A stretch of 64,000 nt of DNA from Gekko japonicus (lineage: Eukaryota), in assembly GCF_001447785.1 (NCBI RefSeq), contig NW_015165238.1, positions 4,539-68,538 on the forward strand, in the 5' to 3' direction. Numbering within the stretch: position 1 is the first letter of the stretch; every line of letters starts with the position of its first letter. The notes beneath the pieces were generated by a model. That model was not told where the DNA came from. It was given only the letters and a program-made list of their open reading frames with translations, and did no database searches. Below are positions 23,427 through 36,466 of the stretch, piece by piece. Both the position numbers and the translations under genes were made by a program.

Positions 23427-24439
23427 CTCAGAGGTATAACACAGAAAGACAGAGTACTCTCTGTGTCAAGTTGAGAAGAAAAATGGTAGGCAGGTAATTT
23501 ATAGGTAGTGTAGGGCTGAATCATTCTCATGTAGGAGTTCCCCAGGCTGTGAAAAATGCTAATGGAGGAGCTTTCCTGAGGAGGTTTCCTGTTTCCTGAG
23601 GAGGTTATTTGGCTGTTGAAATTCTAATCTTATCTGCAGTGCTATTGTCAGTTGTAGAACCTTTTGTGTTTTTCAGAACAGGGAACCATGCCCTATTTAT
23701 TTTTAAACTCTCTTCTTTCCTGTATAAATTGTGTTTAAATTTATGAATTTCAATGGCTTCCCTGTGTAATCTTACATGGTAATTGGATGTGTTGTCCAGC
23801 CTTTCAGTGTCTTGGAACAAAATACTGTGCCCTGTTTGGATTAGGCGACATTCAGCCACTGCTGATTTTTTGGGTTGGCCAAGTCTGCAGTGTCTTTCAT
23901 GTTCTTTTATTCTTGTCTGAATGCTACACTGTGTGGTCCCAATGTAAACTTGTCTGCAACTGCATGGTATGCGGTATACTCTGGCAGAAGTGAGGAGGTT
24001 TCTTCTGTCTTTTGCCAATCGTAACATCTGTTGTATTTTTCTGGTGGGTCTGAATACTATTTGTAGGTTGTGTTTTTTCATAAGTTTTCCCATCTGATCA
24101 GTGATTCCTTTGATATATGGCAATTAAAACAAAGGTAAAAAAGTCTCACACAGGAAAACAGCTAATAAAAACTAAGACCCTTCATGTTTAATGGTGCTTG
24201 TTATCAAGTAACAGTTTTTGTATGTTTATAACCCTAGTTCCTCAGTCAAGCAAGTTATGTAGGCTGAGTTTGGGGAAAGCATGCTAGAAGAAACCTGGTT
24301 ACAGCACTGAGAGCACAGGCTGTGGGAGCTGGATGTAGGATCAGTGTGGGGTATATGCATGGACATACATCAGGGACGCAATAAATAAAATAATAACAAC
24401 AGTATTGTGTGTTTCAGACATACTGGCTACCAAAGCAGG

Positions 24440-24790
24440 TATGCAGGGATTTGCTTTGCAGCTTAAGGAAAACCAAAAAGCTTTGAGGAACTAGATAAAT
24501 TAAGCTTGAAATGCAGGACATATATCTCCACTCTTGGTGAATTGGAAGGGTTGAACATGGGAGAGGACAAGGAAGTGCTCTTTTCAGCTCCTGAGGGCAA
24601 GAATAAATGAAATGGACTGAAATTAACAAGAGGGTGGATTTCAGTTGACATTTAGGAGAAACTTCCTAATGATAACAGCAGCTCAGCAATGGAACCAGTT
24701 ACCTGGAGTGGGGGCTCGCCAGAGGTCTTAAAGTAGTAGTCTGACAATTCATCTCTCAGGGGTGTGCTAGCTTTGGATTTCTTGTATTGA
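24440..24790 (+). mobile_element. Old CR1 LINE 3' fragment
   Basis: gacatttaggagaaacttcctaatg...caatggaaccagttacct resembles the CR1 ORF2 end and the 56205 copy. Confidence 0.65.
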
Positions 24791-25051
24791 CTGTTGAAAC
24801 TCAGTAACGTGTATGTTTTGGAAAATCATGTTGCTATCGAATTGTTAAATCTTGTTATTTGAATCTAAATGTATGGGCACATTCCATCCCAAATTTGGTA
24901 TTTTTAGGCTGATTTAAAGGCATGGGATTTGTCAATATCCTCCTTTAATTTTAGTTATTTCGTATTTTTACATTACAAAATTTTCCAATTGTGTTCTGCA
25001 GGTATAGAATCCTGTCACTGATATATATATACAGATAAGGACTATCTGGCA

Positions 25052-25984
25052 ATGGAGAATCAAACAATCATCTCTGAATTCATCCTCCTGGGCTTCCCCA
25101 CTGGATTTGAGATCCAGCTTTTTCTTTTTGTGCTCTTCTCCCTCACTTACATACTAACAGTCCTGGAGAATCTCATCATTATCTCAGCAGTTAAAGGTAA
25201 CCAAAACCTTCACAAGCCAATGTATTTCTTCTTGGGAAACCTGTCTTTCTTGGAAATCTGGTATATCAGTGTCACACTTCCCAAACTGCTGGTAGACTTC
25301 TGGTCACAGAGCAAAACAATCTCCTTCCAGAGTTGCATGGCACAGCTTTACTTCTTCATCTCCCTTATGTGTACTGAATGTGTCCTCCTGGCTGTCATGG
25401 CGTATGACCGCTATGTAGCCATATGTAACCCACTTCGTTATCCAGTCATCATGACCCATCGATTGTGCTTCCAGCTAGGTTTGCTCTCCTGGGTGTGTGG
25501 CTTTTCTATCTCTTTAGTCAAGGTTACCTTTATCTCTAGACTCAGCTTCTGTGGTCCTGGAGTCATCAATCACTTTTTTTGTGACATCTCTCCTGTACTT
25601 AACCTCTCCTGCACCGATATGTCAGTGGCTGAGCTGGTGGATTTCATTTTGGCTTTGGTCATCCTGTTAATCCCTCTCTCCATCACAGTCCTGTCCTACC
25701 TGTTCATCATTATTTCAATTTTTCGTATCCCCACAACTCATGGAAAGAAGAAAGCCTTCTCAACCTGTGCCTCACATCTTACTGTGGTCATCATCTTCTT
25801 CTCAACAACAGTCTTCATGTATGCTCGGCCCAGAAAAATTCACCCCTTTAATCTCAACAAAATAGTGTCCATCTTCTATGCTGTGATCACTCCAGCTCTC
25901 AATCCCCTCATCTATTGCTTAAGAAATAAAGAAGTGAAAGAAGCATTAAGGAGAAATTTAGGCAGGAAAGACCAAGTTAGATAA
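25052..25984 (+). CDS. OR6B1: Olfactory receptor 6B1-like, 310 aa, intact
   Basis: All OR motifs present. Segments [50 protein letters not shown] and MYARPR resemble mammalian OR6B1 as I recall it; orthology not tested. Acceptor ttctgcag ends at 25001. Confidence 0.93.
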   Translation: MENQTIISEFILLGFPTGFEIQLFLFVLFSLTYILTVLENLIIISAVKGNQNLHKPMYFFLGNLSFLEIWYISVTLPKLLVDFWSQSKTISFQSCMAQLYFFISLMCTECVLLAVMAYDRYVAICNPLRYPVIMTHRLCFQLGLLSWVCGFSISLVKVTFISRLSFCGPGVINHFFCDISPVLNLSCTDMSVAELVDFILALVILLIPLSITVLSYLFIIISIFRIPTTHGKKKAFSTCASHLTVVIIFFSTTVFMYARPRKIHPFNLNKIVSIFYAVITPALNPLIYCLRNKEVKEALRRNLGRKDQVR

Positions 25985-26074
25985 GCCACTGAAGGCTGGT
26001 TTCCAGATGGCAGGTGACAAAGTAGAGGAGAGTCAGAATCAGAAGCTGTTGTTTTCGTCAGAGACCTTGGTCTA

Positions 26075-26255
26075 TGTATACTAGGGTGGATCTTGGTAGG
26101 GGTACCCCACAATAAAATTATGAAGAAAGAGAGTGAGAGTGGTTTTAGACACATTCGAGTAGCTTTATTGTATACAAAATAAAATAAAAGTTGTAAAAGT
26201 GTAAAGAACCTACACTAAGCACCTGAGAACTGATTCCCTAACACAAACACACACA
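26075..26255 (-). repeat. LTR-like ~180-bp fragment, second copy at 26982-27160
   Basis: tgtatac.agggtggatctt...ctttattg...gattccctaa occurs twice; minus-strand AATAAA and terminal CA. Confidence 0.6.
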
Positions 26256-26394
26256 CCCCGCAGCAACAGTTGCTTACCAGATATGCATTTATTGGTAGTA
26301 GCTATTTACTATTGGAAAATGTTCCGATAACAAAGTTGTTTCTGTCAGTTCCCCATAAATAATATTTCCACCATTGTCCTGACCTGTATAGCTC

Positions 26395-26550
26395 AGGCCA
26401 GACTGATCTCATCAGATCTCGAAAGCTAAGCATGACAACCCCGGCAAGTAATTGGATGGGAGACCTCCAAAAAATACCTGGGCCCCTTCTCTGAATGTCC
26501 TCAATGCCCCAGGAGGAGTCGCCAGAGATTGCCATGACTTCCAGGCACAG
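26395..26550 (+). mobile_element. 5S rRNA-derived SINE fragment
   Basis: gatctcatcagatctcgaaagctaagc...ttggatgggagacc. Confidence 0.7.
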
Positions 26551-27230
26551 GCATGCATAGATGCAGACACACACATACAAAAATTTCCACCATCTTTCTG
26601 CATTGGCTACATTTTTCAGATGAAGAGTTCATTTGTGGTTGTTGTTCTTGTTGTTGCTGTACATGCCATCATAAAATGACATATGCCAGTTAGGCCTATC
26701 CATGAACATTTCTGTCCGTTTCTGTTGTTCCACATGTAGTTTCTACAGGGATGGTACTTGCCCATGGAAGCCACACAGCTAGAAAGGTAAATGCAAAGAG
26801 AAATCTGGGATTCAGAACTAGACCCCCCGCTTATGCCCAAATGATGTACTGGACAGCATAAATTATTTACCTGCTGGATTGTCAGGACCAACGGAACATA
26901 CTGTTATCCAAGCTCAACCCAAAGAAAGATAAATGAGCTTTAAAATGGTTCCAGAAAGGAATAACACAGACACTTGGTTTATGTATACCAGGGTGGATCT
27001 TAGTAAAGGTACCCTACAGTAAAATTATGAAGAGAGTGGGAGTGATTTTAAACATAAACAAATAGCTTTATTGAATACAAAATAATGTAAAAAATGTAAA
27101 AATGTAAATAACCTACACTGAACACCTGAGAGCTGATTCCCTAATACACACAGACACCAAGAGGGTGCCTTTTATAAAAGGGAAAGGGGAAATGAGATTA
27201 TTATATGTCAGTACCTTTCACACTGTAGAA

Positions 27231-27504
27231 GAAGTTGAAGAGATTGGATTTATACCCCACTTTTCACTACCCAAAGGAGTCTCAGAGCAGTTTACAAACT
27301 TTCCTTCCTCTCCCCACAACAGACACCCTGTGAGGTAGGTGGGGCCGAGAGAGCTCTGACAGAAATAGCTCTTTTTCAAGAACAGCTGTACCAGAACTAC
27401 GGCTTGCTCAAGGCCATCCATCAGGTGCAAGTGGAGGAGTGGGGAATTAAACCGGGTTCTCCCAGATTAGAGTCCACGCACTTAACCGCTACACCAAACT
27501 GGCT
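27231..27504 (-). mobile_element. Squam3-type tRNA-derived CORE SINE
   Basis: Box A TGGTGTAGCGG, box B-like, CORE acctacctcacagggt, (TCT)n tail, TSD CTGTAGAA. Confidence 0.85.
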
Positions 27505-27818
27505 CTGTAGAAACTAAGGGGGCTTACTGATCGTCCTATTTCCAAAATAATAGCAGCTCATGCTACCTCATAAGAATGGGGGCAAAGGCCAAAGTACCAA
27601 AATTTTTGAATCATAATATCCTCCTCCCCTATGCAGAAATGTAGCTTAAGAGTGGCCTATGAATAAGCTTGCAAAAGATCAGATTCACCCTGATAAATAT
27701 TGGCAATCATTATTTTCAATTTTGTCCACCAGTGGATGTCTGACAAATGGTAAACAGTGTGGTATAGGGGTTAGAGTAATGGACTAAGGCTGTTTCACTG
27801 GCCAGAGAAGATGTTGAT

Positions 27819-29090
27819 ATGGGATCGGCCAACAGGACTGTGGTGAATGGTTTTATCATCCTGGGTTTTCTGCTTCTCCACAGATCCGCACGCTGTCCTT
27901 CGTTCTAGTCTTGGCCACCTACATTCTCACAGTAACTGCCAGCGTAATCATCATCTCACTCATTAAGACAAATCATAAACTGCAGCGCCCCATGTATTAC
28001 TTCCTGGGTAATTTCTCCTTCATGTAGATTTGGTACACAATATCCACTGTGCCCAAGATGCTGGAAAGTTTCCTGGTTGGCGGGAGTACGGTCTCTGTGG
28101 CAGGCTGCATCTCCCAGCTCTACCTTTTCTTTGCCTTGGGCTCCACTGAATGTTTCTTGTTAGTGACTATGGCCTATGATGGCTACTTGGCTATCTGCTG
28201 CCCTCTGCATTATCCAACCCTTATGACACTGCAAATAAGTACCCGTATGGTGACAGCAGCCTGGGTGGCTGGATTCCTCGCCCCCTTGGTTCCTATTGTC
28301 CTCATTTCTCAGCTCTCCTTCTGTGGGCCTAAGGAAATCCACCATTTCTTCTGTTATGCTGGGCCCCTGCTGAGGCACTCATGTGGTTCTGCCTTTCTCA
28401 GCTCAACACTTGTGACAGTGTTGGCCTCCATGGTCATCGTCAGCACCTGTACACTCATCATGGTATCCTACACCATGGCACCTACCTGGTGGAATGAGCT
28501 CCCATATGAGATCAGGGCCCTTCTGGACTTGCAAAATGAAGCTCTTCCTCCAGACTTTTAAGTAGGATGACAGATGTCCCTCCCTTTTTACTGGGCCACT
28601 CCTCAGCGGGTCAGAACTGCATACCAGAGATGGCATCTGTGAGGTCTTAATTTTAATGACAACTGCACCCAATGAAGGTTATTGTGGTTTTTTACTAGTG
28701 TTTTAATATTGTGTTTTTATCAAATCTGATGTAATCCACCCTGAGCCTGCCATGAGGGGAATGTGGGATATAAATTGAATAAAATAAATGAATTACTAAA
28801 TAAATAAATACATCATCATCTCCACCATCCTGCATATCCCTTCAGCTAGTGGGAGGCAGAAAGTATTTCAACTTGTGGCTCACACCTCACTTTGTGGTCA
28901 TTTTCTATGACACAATCCACATATGCATGACCCATCTCCACTACTGCTTCTGAGCTGGACAAGGTGGTATCCTTCTTTTATGCGGTAGTCATCCCACTTC
29001 TGAATCCAATGATTTACATCATATGGAACAAGGAGGTTGGGGGAGCCCTGAAGAAAGTGGTGAGTAGGAAGCAGGTGTTTGTGAAGTTTC
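27819..29090 (+). pseudogene. Olfactory receptor pseudogene, paralog of the 3260/36467 genes
   Basis: ATG at 27819, 1-bp deletion near 27865, in-frame TAG at 28025-28027, DRY changed to DGY, LINE fragment inserted at about 28475-28810, further indels at 28860-28925. The upstream polypyrimidine tract is deleted at about 27792. Confidence 0.93.
28475..28810 (+). mobile_element. L2-like LINE 3' fragment interrupting the OR pseudogene
   Basis: APTWWNELP..IR motif, (TAAA)n tail. Confidence 0.75.
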
Positions 29091-29316
29091 TGTTTTTACT
29101 GATGTATAGAAGTCCACTTTCTTCATTTGGGCTCTTTTGGTTGAAGTAATGGACATGCGGACAGATACCAGCCCTATGTTTTCACTTTTTTTCTTGAATG
29201 TTCCGATTGATACAGGGCAGCCAAGGACAGAGAAAGCATGAAGGCTGTTGCTTTTTCTCATGCTTCATTAGCAATATATGTATGTCTTCCAACAGCAAGG
29301 TGCATCATGATGTCCC

Positions 29317-29805
29317 AATTTCCTCAGGGTTTACATGGGCACCCTAAAAAAGAAAGAATCCATTAAATGCATGGAAATGCTTGTTTCTGCTCTGAAATGC
29401 TTTCATAAAATAAGGAATAGATCCACCATCCCTTTTTGCCCTGACTACAAAGTACAATCTGGTACATATTCTGAAATCCAGACTCTTTTTAATTTCTGTT
29501 TCCTTTGTTCTGTTCAGTTTAGGCTTGGGTTGGGTTGGGAAATATCAGGAAATTTTGAGAGGTAATTTCCTCAGGGTTTACATGGGCACCCTAAAAAAGA
29601 AAGAATCAATTAAATGCATGGAAATGCTTGTTTCTGCTCTGAAATGCTTGTTTCTGCTCTGAAATCCACCATCCCTCTTTGCCCTGACTACAAAGTACAA
29701 TCTGGTACATATTCTGAAATCCAGACTCTTTTTAATTTCTGTTTCCTTTGTTCTGTTCAGTTTAGGCTTGGGTTGGGTTGGGAAATATCAGGAAATTTTG
29801 AGAGG
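29317..29805 (+). repeat. Tandem duplication, 247-bp unit x2
   Basis: aatttcctcagggtttacatgggcacc at 29317 and 29564. Confidence 0.92.
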
Positions 29806-31249
29806 TGGAGCCTGAGGAGGGCAGAGTTTGAGGAGGGAAGGGATTTGAGTGGGATATAATGTCATAGAGTTCATCTCCCAAAGCAGTCATTTTCTTCAGG
29901 TAAACTAACTAGCGAGAGATATCCAGCCACTGCCTGGAGGTTGGCAACCCTAGTTCAACTACCACAAACTTATGCAAAAAATAAATCTACCCTACAACTT
30001 AAATTCTCCAGCTTTCTTCTATTATTGAGCTATGTTTTCCAGATGTGTATGAAGCCCTGAGGTGCATGGTGGCGGTCTGGGTAACATTTAATACCAAGCA
30101 GTAGTAGATATCACTCTTATGCCTTTGTCTTCCAATACCATATGGTATCAGGAACATATTTTGTTCTTCCTAGCATGGAAGACATAGCTCTAATTGACAT
30201 TTTCCAGCAGCTAGATGTCCCTCAAGATATGTAAAGTCACTGTTTTTATGTCACCAGGCTACCTTCCAAAAGAGACCACTTTTTATTATTTCATCTGAGC
30301 CTTCAATATAGAGGAGGCATAATTATGAATGACAGCAATGTATGTGGTGAAGCTAGTCTGGAACAGAAAAAGGTAAATTAAAGGACTGTCATGCCTTGTT
30401 GGCCTGTTTGGGAACAGTATGTTCTTTATTTAGTAGACAAATGGTTCAGGCTGAAGCTGGTCAGAGTAGAGTCATATGGCCAAGTGAAGCCTCATTAGAT
30501 AGCTGTTGAGTAAATGAATTAGAACACTTGTTTCTGACCATCTGCATTATAGAGCACCAAACGTGGCAGACAACACATCTCTTTGGATGAGCCTTCACAG
30601 GACTTCAGAGAGTTAAATGAGTAGTGGTGCAGTTCTATTCAGAGATGCTCCACTTCAAACAAGTTGATTTTAATATTTTAAGATGAGTAATTCTGTATAG
30701 GACTATACTGTGGATCTGGTGACGAAGCAAAACCTTATTAGATAACTGTTGAGGTAAGCACCGGTCATCTTTATTATATGGCACTAAATGTGTGAGACAT
30801 CAATTTTCTTTGAGTGAGCCATCACAAGGGCCTAGGGAATGAAAAGACTGTGTGATCCTGTTCAGAATTACTTCAGCCTAAGACACCCAGTTGTAAATGT
30901 TTTACACTGGACTAACACTGTACAGAATTATGCTAAGGACCTGATGGCTGAGATTCTGAGTTTGAGATCCTTGTTCTAGGTTGCTTTTCATTTTTCTTTG
31001 TGTGTGTGTGTGTTTTATCTCTTTTTGACATTTGTCCCTCTTTCTTTCTGTTCTACCCTTCGCACTTTTGCTATATTTGTACACACAACACTGATGGCAA
31101 TAGGGCAATAATTCCAATTTCTTTCAATATATATATATTGAAAGCAATACACACACAAAAAATATATATATATACAAAAATGGGAGTTATTGCCCTATTG
31201 CTCTCAGGGTGTGTATGTGTGTGTATATATAAATTCTCAATGTGTGTTG

Positions 31250-31593
31250 TGGTGGTAGAAGTTTGCTCCAGCAAAAGTAAGACAAAAGAAGGAAGGAGAA
31301 AATAAGCTGAGGCCAAGAAAAGTTCATATAAAAAGTTTCTTGTCCTTGTGTAATTGGCACATCTCCAAAGCAGGGTGTGATTCACAACCATATATATCAA
31401 TCTCTCATGTTCTTATACACAACCATCCACCTTCAACAATGCTCTTCATCCACTGCAAGGGTGTTATTCTTCATCTGTGGCACACCTCGCTTCTCCTTTC
31501 TGTCTTTGTTTTTCTGTCCATACTTTGTCACTTTTCTTTTTCTGAGTCAATCTTTTGGAAGTGAGTTTCTATGGTTTCATCACCCAGGTAAGT
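31250..31593 (+). promoter_or_regulatory. Putative OR promoter / 5' UTR exon (copy B) for the 36467 gene
   Basis: CAG|GTAAGT at 31587/31588, about 4.9 kb upstream of the acceptor at 36453. Confidence 0.55.
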
Positions 31594-32798
31594 AAACTGC
31601 AGCCTCCATATCATCAAAGATTTGTAAGGTAGATGATCTTGGAAGATTTACTTAATCCACTTTCTCACTGTGCCCATCCTACTGCATCACTGATTCTATG
31701 ATTTCCCCCCCTTCCTTCTACCTCTTTTCCCATAAACTATTGTTTGGTACTATTAGTTTGGTCCTTTATAAGAACTCCTGTTTTGATTCAATGATTATTT
31801 TATTCCTTGCAATCCTATTCCTTGTATGTATATTTAAAAAATTGAGGGGGGGATGGTTTGGATAAATACATTCTTTAGAACATCCCCCCCCCCTTTAATT
31901 CAACAAATCTCAAAGTTGCATGCCTCCTAGAATATATTCTATCCTTGTAAGGGATTTGTTGTATTGGTTGCAGGGGTACCTTTGTATTTTTGGTCCATTT
32001 AGAATATATTCAATCCTCATAAGGAATTTGGGGTGTATGGGACAGAGGTCTCATTTTCTTTTCGTCAATTTAGAAACCAGGATTACTCTGCATATCTGGG
32101 AAAGAATATGTGCATTATCTGATTATGCTGCTTTTGTGATCTTAAACAAATTAACCACTTCTATAGCTAGATACAGCAAATGTATATCATTTTTAAAAGA
32201 ATTCCTTAATGACTAGGTTATTCTCATCTTACTATTTCTATTATATCCTCACCCTTCTTACGATATATATATTAAATAGAATTCCATATTAAGTTTTAAT
32301 ATTGTATAAACTGTTTTTCAGAATATAGGTTTGTTATAATACCCTATTTCTGGAATCTGAAAATAATATATTCACTATTATGGTAGACTTTTTAAAATTC
32401 ACCCCTACAAAAGAATGTGCACTGTTTTTCTGGTGAGCATTCTGTAGTGAACTTGGTGAAAGAAGGGACTCCACAGTTGAGAGATTTGGCAAAAATCTTG
32501 ATGTATGGCATTTCCATTATTATCAACACTTTTGCAGCCCTGACATTTTCAGGTGATCAGTAGTGACACACATGCATCAAATTACTGACATCAAAATGAA
32601 CTATATTTTTGACACTGTAGGAATCTGTGTATTATATGTTTCTTAGTTTGGTTCAATAAATGTACACCTATTACTGGTTTAAAATTCTTGTTCTATTCCA
32701 ATCTAATTTAATTTAATAATGCTTCCACTATTTCATTCCACTCAAGTGTGTTATATGGATCTTTGGCACTCTCCCACTTTTTAAAATTTGTCTCATTT

Positions 32799-32951
32799 CC
32801 AATTAACTGCTTCCGATACACTTAACTTTCTCCACTTTTTAAGGAAATGCTGTTTCATTTCCCCCTCTTTCTGCCAATTAACTGCTTCCGATACACTTAA
32901 CTAACTTTCTCCACTTTTGTAGGAAATGTTGTTTCATTTCCCCTCTTTCTG
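32799..32951 (+). repeat. Tandem duplication, ~75-bp unit x2
   Basis: ccaattaactgcttccgatacacttaac at 32799 and 32874; single copy in the paralogs near 20293 and 45727. Confidence 0.88.
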
Positions 32952-34338
32952 TTTTGAAAACAACTTCCTGCCTTCCATTTTATATTTTTCACATATAGGT
33001 TATACTGTTCTTAATGTCTTGTGTCTCAGTGAATTTGACAGGAGGCCCCTACCTGCAGTTGCCTTTCTTCATTGTTTCTGCTGGGAATACTAAAATCACT
33101 TTGCTTGAGCTTTACCAAGATATTTTTTGTTGCATGGCTTTATTTGACTAGTTATTCAACAGGGGTTTCTTCTGCTCATACCATATTGTAGTGGTGCCCC
33201 CCCTTTGTTAAATAATCGTATATTTTCAAGTATCTTTTCAATCAGTTGCACAGACATTAATGAGCTCCACCACCCCCTCCCAAGTTTATTTGCACTTTCA
33301 GGTCAGTCTTGATTGATCTAATAAAAGTGCCAGCTAACCGAATTTAAAGTGAATGCTGGCTGTTTTGTCTGCTTTTCAGTCAGTGGAGTGGCCAGTATAT
33401 ATTGTTAACTTTTGAGAACAGCATCTGAATATGCTTTTTTAAAATATCATCATTATTATTTTCATTCATGGAGTTCATGTCAAATTTTTTCTAAACAGTT
33501 ATCCTTTTCTTCAACACAAGCATGGTTTTAATAAGCACACTACATAAAATTCTGTTTCTGCACTCACATTCCTCTGTCTATCATTTTTAGAATTCCATTT
33601 TTCCCCACTATTTTATTTTTACAGAAAACCTTGGGGGGAAATTAGGGTGATATATGGTGACTGGCCCAAGGTCTTCCTGTGAACTTCATGGCTCAAGTGA
33701 GATTCCCTCTAGACATGACACCAGATTCAGCCAGTATTATATATTCTCCATTAGTTTTTGTAATTTATTTTCTAACTATAAACAATTGCTTTTTTCCAAT
33801 CTTGAATATCTTCTCCTTGTTTTCAAATTGTTCTCACCTTGTGTTACTCCTTTTCTTGTTTTCTCTCAGTGTATAATGTTTCCCTCTGTAATCCTATTCA
33901 ATGTTTTGTTCTTGCACCCTTTCCCCTCTTACTTATTTTTCTATATGTACTAGTAGCTATTTGATATCTTGTTGTGGTTATATGTTCCTCTTGATCTCAG
34001 TTATTGGACTTTGGATCAGTCTGTTACTCTATTGAGAACTTCTTGACACATCATTGAGGGCCACAAGATGGTCAAAGAGTCTGCCACCCTGCCATACTCA
34101 CTTTCCACAGAACACCCAAGAAGCAGTCAGGCAATATGAGAGAATGATATGTCTGTACCCTTCACACTGTAGAAACTAAGAGGGACTGCTGATTGTACTG
34201 TTTCCAAAATAATAGCAGGTCATGCTGTCTCATGAGCATGGGCAAAGAGGTCAAAGTACCAAGAATTTTGAATCATAATATCCTCACCCCCACACAGTAC
34301 AGGGTCAGAAATATAGCTTCAGAGTGGCATATGTATAT

Positions 34339-34725
34339 TAGGGCTGCCAACCCCCCCCCCCCCAGTCCAGGCAGGGTCTCCACCAATTTTCAAGGCTTCA
34401 GTCCTCTGTGGGCTAGGTAAACAGTGAGGGTAGCCCAACCCCCAAACAGGAATGTTGCCTGGTGACATTCCCAACATGATGACATCACCTGGAAGTGATG
34501 TCATAGTTTCAGGGAAGTCAGTGAGGTGACACTCTAGTTTTAGGGCAAATTCTATGGTTTTGACGTGAAAAAACCATAGAGTTTTCCCCCCAAAAAATGA
34601 GTGTCACCCTGATAACCCCATCATGATGATGTCACTTCCGGGAAATGTAATTGTGCCATACGTGCTTTGCACACATGCAGGAATGAGAGCCCTCTCAGGA
34701 AGCCAGGAATGACCTGGCAACCCTA
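34339..34725. mobile_element. hAT MITE (TAGGGTTGCCA family)
   Basis: TAGGGCTGCCA / TGGCAACCCTA termini, degenerate 8-bp TSD. Confidence 0.75.
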
Positions 34726-36466
34726 ATCTATGTATCTATTTCTCAATGGTCCCCTCTGTGTGTGGATACTTATTTCCACAGATAGGGGGCACACTCCAGT
34801 AGGTTTTTCTACAGACTCAGACTCTGTGGGGCTGTGGAAAAATCCAAAAAGAAAAAAAAAAAGCTTGGGGAAGGTTGAATTCCCCCCCCAAAAAAATACT
34901 TTTTGAAATAGTTGCCCCTGGAATCTACTCCAGGCCCCACCATATCTACATTGATATTCTAGTTGATAGCTGGGGGAGGAGGAAACAAAAAGCAGGACTG
35001 GATCTCAGATTTGGACGGATTCCTCCTGCGGTATGAATGGCTACATAGCAGGAGGGTTGAAGTCAGGCCTGGGACTAGGATTGCCCACTCCAGGTTGGGA
35101 AATTCCTGGAGATTCTGTGATGAAGCTTGAGGAGTGCAGAGTTTCGGGAGGGGGGAGGCCTCAGCTGGATATAATGCCACAGTCCACCCATATTCTCCAG
35201 GGGGACAGATCTCTGTTGTCCGAAGTTCAGTTGTCATTCTGGGGGATTTCCAGGTCCCACCTGGAAGCTGGGAAACCTAGGCCTAGCAGCACCCTCTGGA
35301 TGACTTGATACCACCTGACTTGCATGATTCCACTAGGCCTGGCTGCTTGCTACTGTTCCACAGCTGCCACCCTATGAAAGTCAGTGCAGTATAATGGTCA
35401 GAGCTTCAGGGTAGGCTTTTTGAGACCCAGGTTTATATGCCCATTTTGCTGTGGAAGCTCACTGGGTGATTTTGGAGCAGTCACATACTTTCAGCTTAAC
35501 CTACCTCATATGGTTGTTGTGTGGATAAAAAGGAAAAGAGAATAATGCAAACTGCTTTCGTCCCCACGGTTGAGAAAGACCACAGTTTTCCTCAGTACAA
35601 ACTGCAGAGGGAAAGGAGATGGAACGCTGAAGACAGAGGGGCAGATAAAGGTAGGTTGGCTGTTGGGTGGGAAGGAGACAGGGATGCCAACTCAAGGTTG
35701 GGAAATTCCTGGATATTTGAGGGTTGGAGCCTGGGGATGGTGGGGATTTGCCTCACAGTCTGTCCAGTCTTATTTTGCTGTTTTATAATGGTGTGTCCCT
35801 CCCCCCTTTTTCAAATATTTTCCTCTCTCCCTCTTTCTCTTTCTGTCATTCACATGAGATTCATAGCATTAATTGCATCTGTTGGAGTAGCTCTTCTCCA
35901 CAAACATTTATGCTTGAAGTTTTTAAAAGTGTGACTTTTAAGATGCTGCAAGACTCATGCCTGCAAAAGATCAGTCTCATGCTAGTAAATATTGGCGGTC
36001 ATTACTTCCAATTTCATAAACGAGTGGATGTCTGACAAATGCTAACCAGTGTGGTATAGGGGTTAGACTAATGGACTAAGGCTGGGGTCACCTGAGTTCA
36101 AATTACCACTCAGCCATGAAACTCAATGCACAACCTTGAGTCTGTCACTCTGTCTCAGCCTAATTTAGGACTCTGGGTTTTAGATATATAGTGAAGATGT
36201 AAGCACATTATTCTGAACATGTTTGATGAAGAATGTGATGACAATAACACAGAAGGGAGATGGGGACATTCACAATGTTTATCTGGGACTATCAGACAAA
36301 AATAACAACTGAGTATCAAACATAAGATTGTCCCTGTAACATGTATAAGGCTTACAGAGATTTGACTACTGCAAATTAACCACTTTCTTTACAATATTAA
36401 TGTTGTTTTCCTTCCCTTCTCTTTTCCTTCTTGTCCACAATTTCACTGGCCAGAGAAGATGTGGAT

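Larger units (their letters stand above)
22884..24123 (-). mobile_element. Penelope-like retroelement 3' part (GIY-YIG endonuclease plus pseudo-LTR)
   Basis: ORF 23605-24123 reads VYRIPCSC.QVYIGTT...RIKEHER...REAIEI. Penelope terminal sequence atgttgtcgaaggctttcatggccgg near 22886. Confidence 0.9.

Noticed and set aside
26395-26470. 5S rRNA genes (also 13095 and 63205)
   Set aside because: Partial, diverged and fused to retroposon tails, so they are SINE heads.
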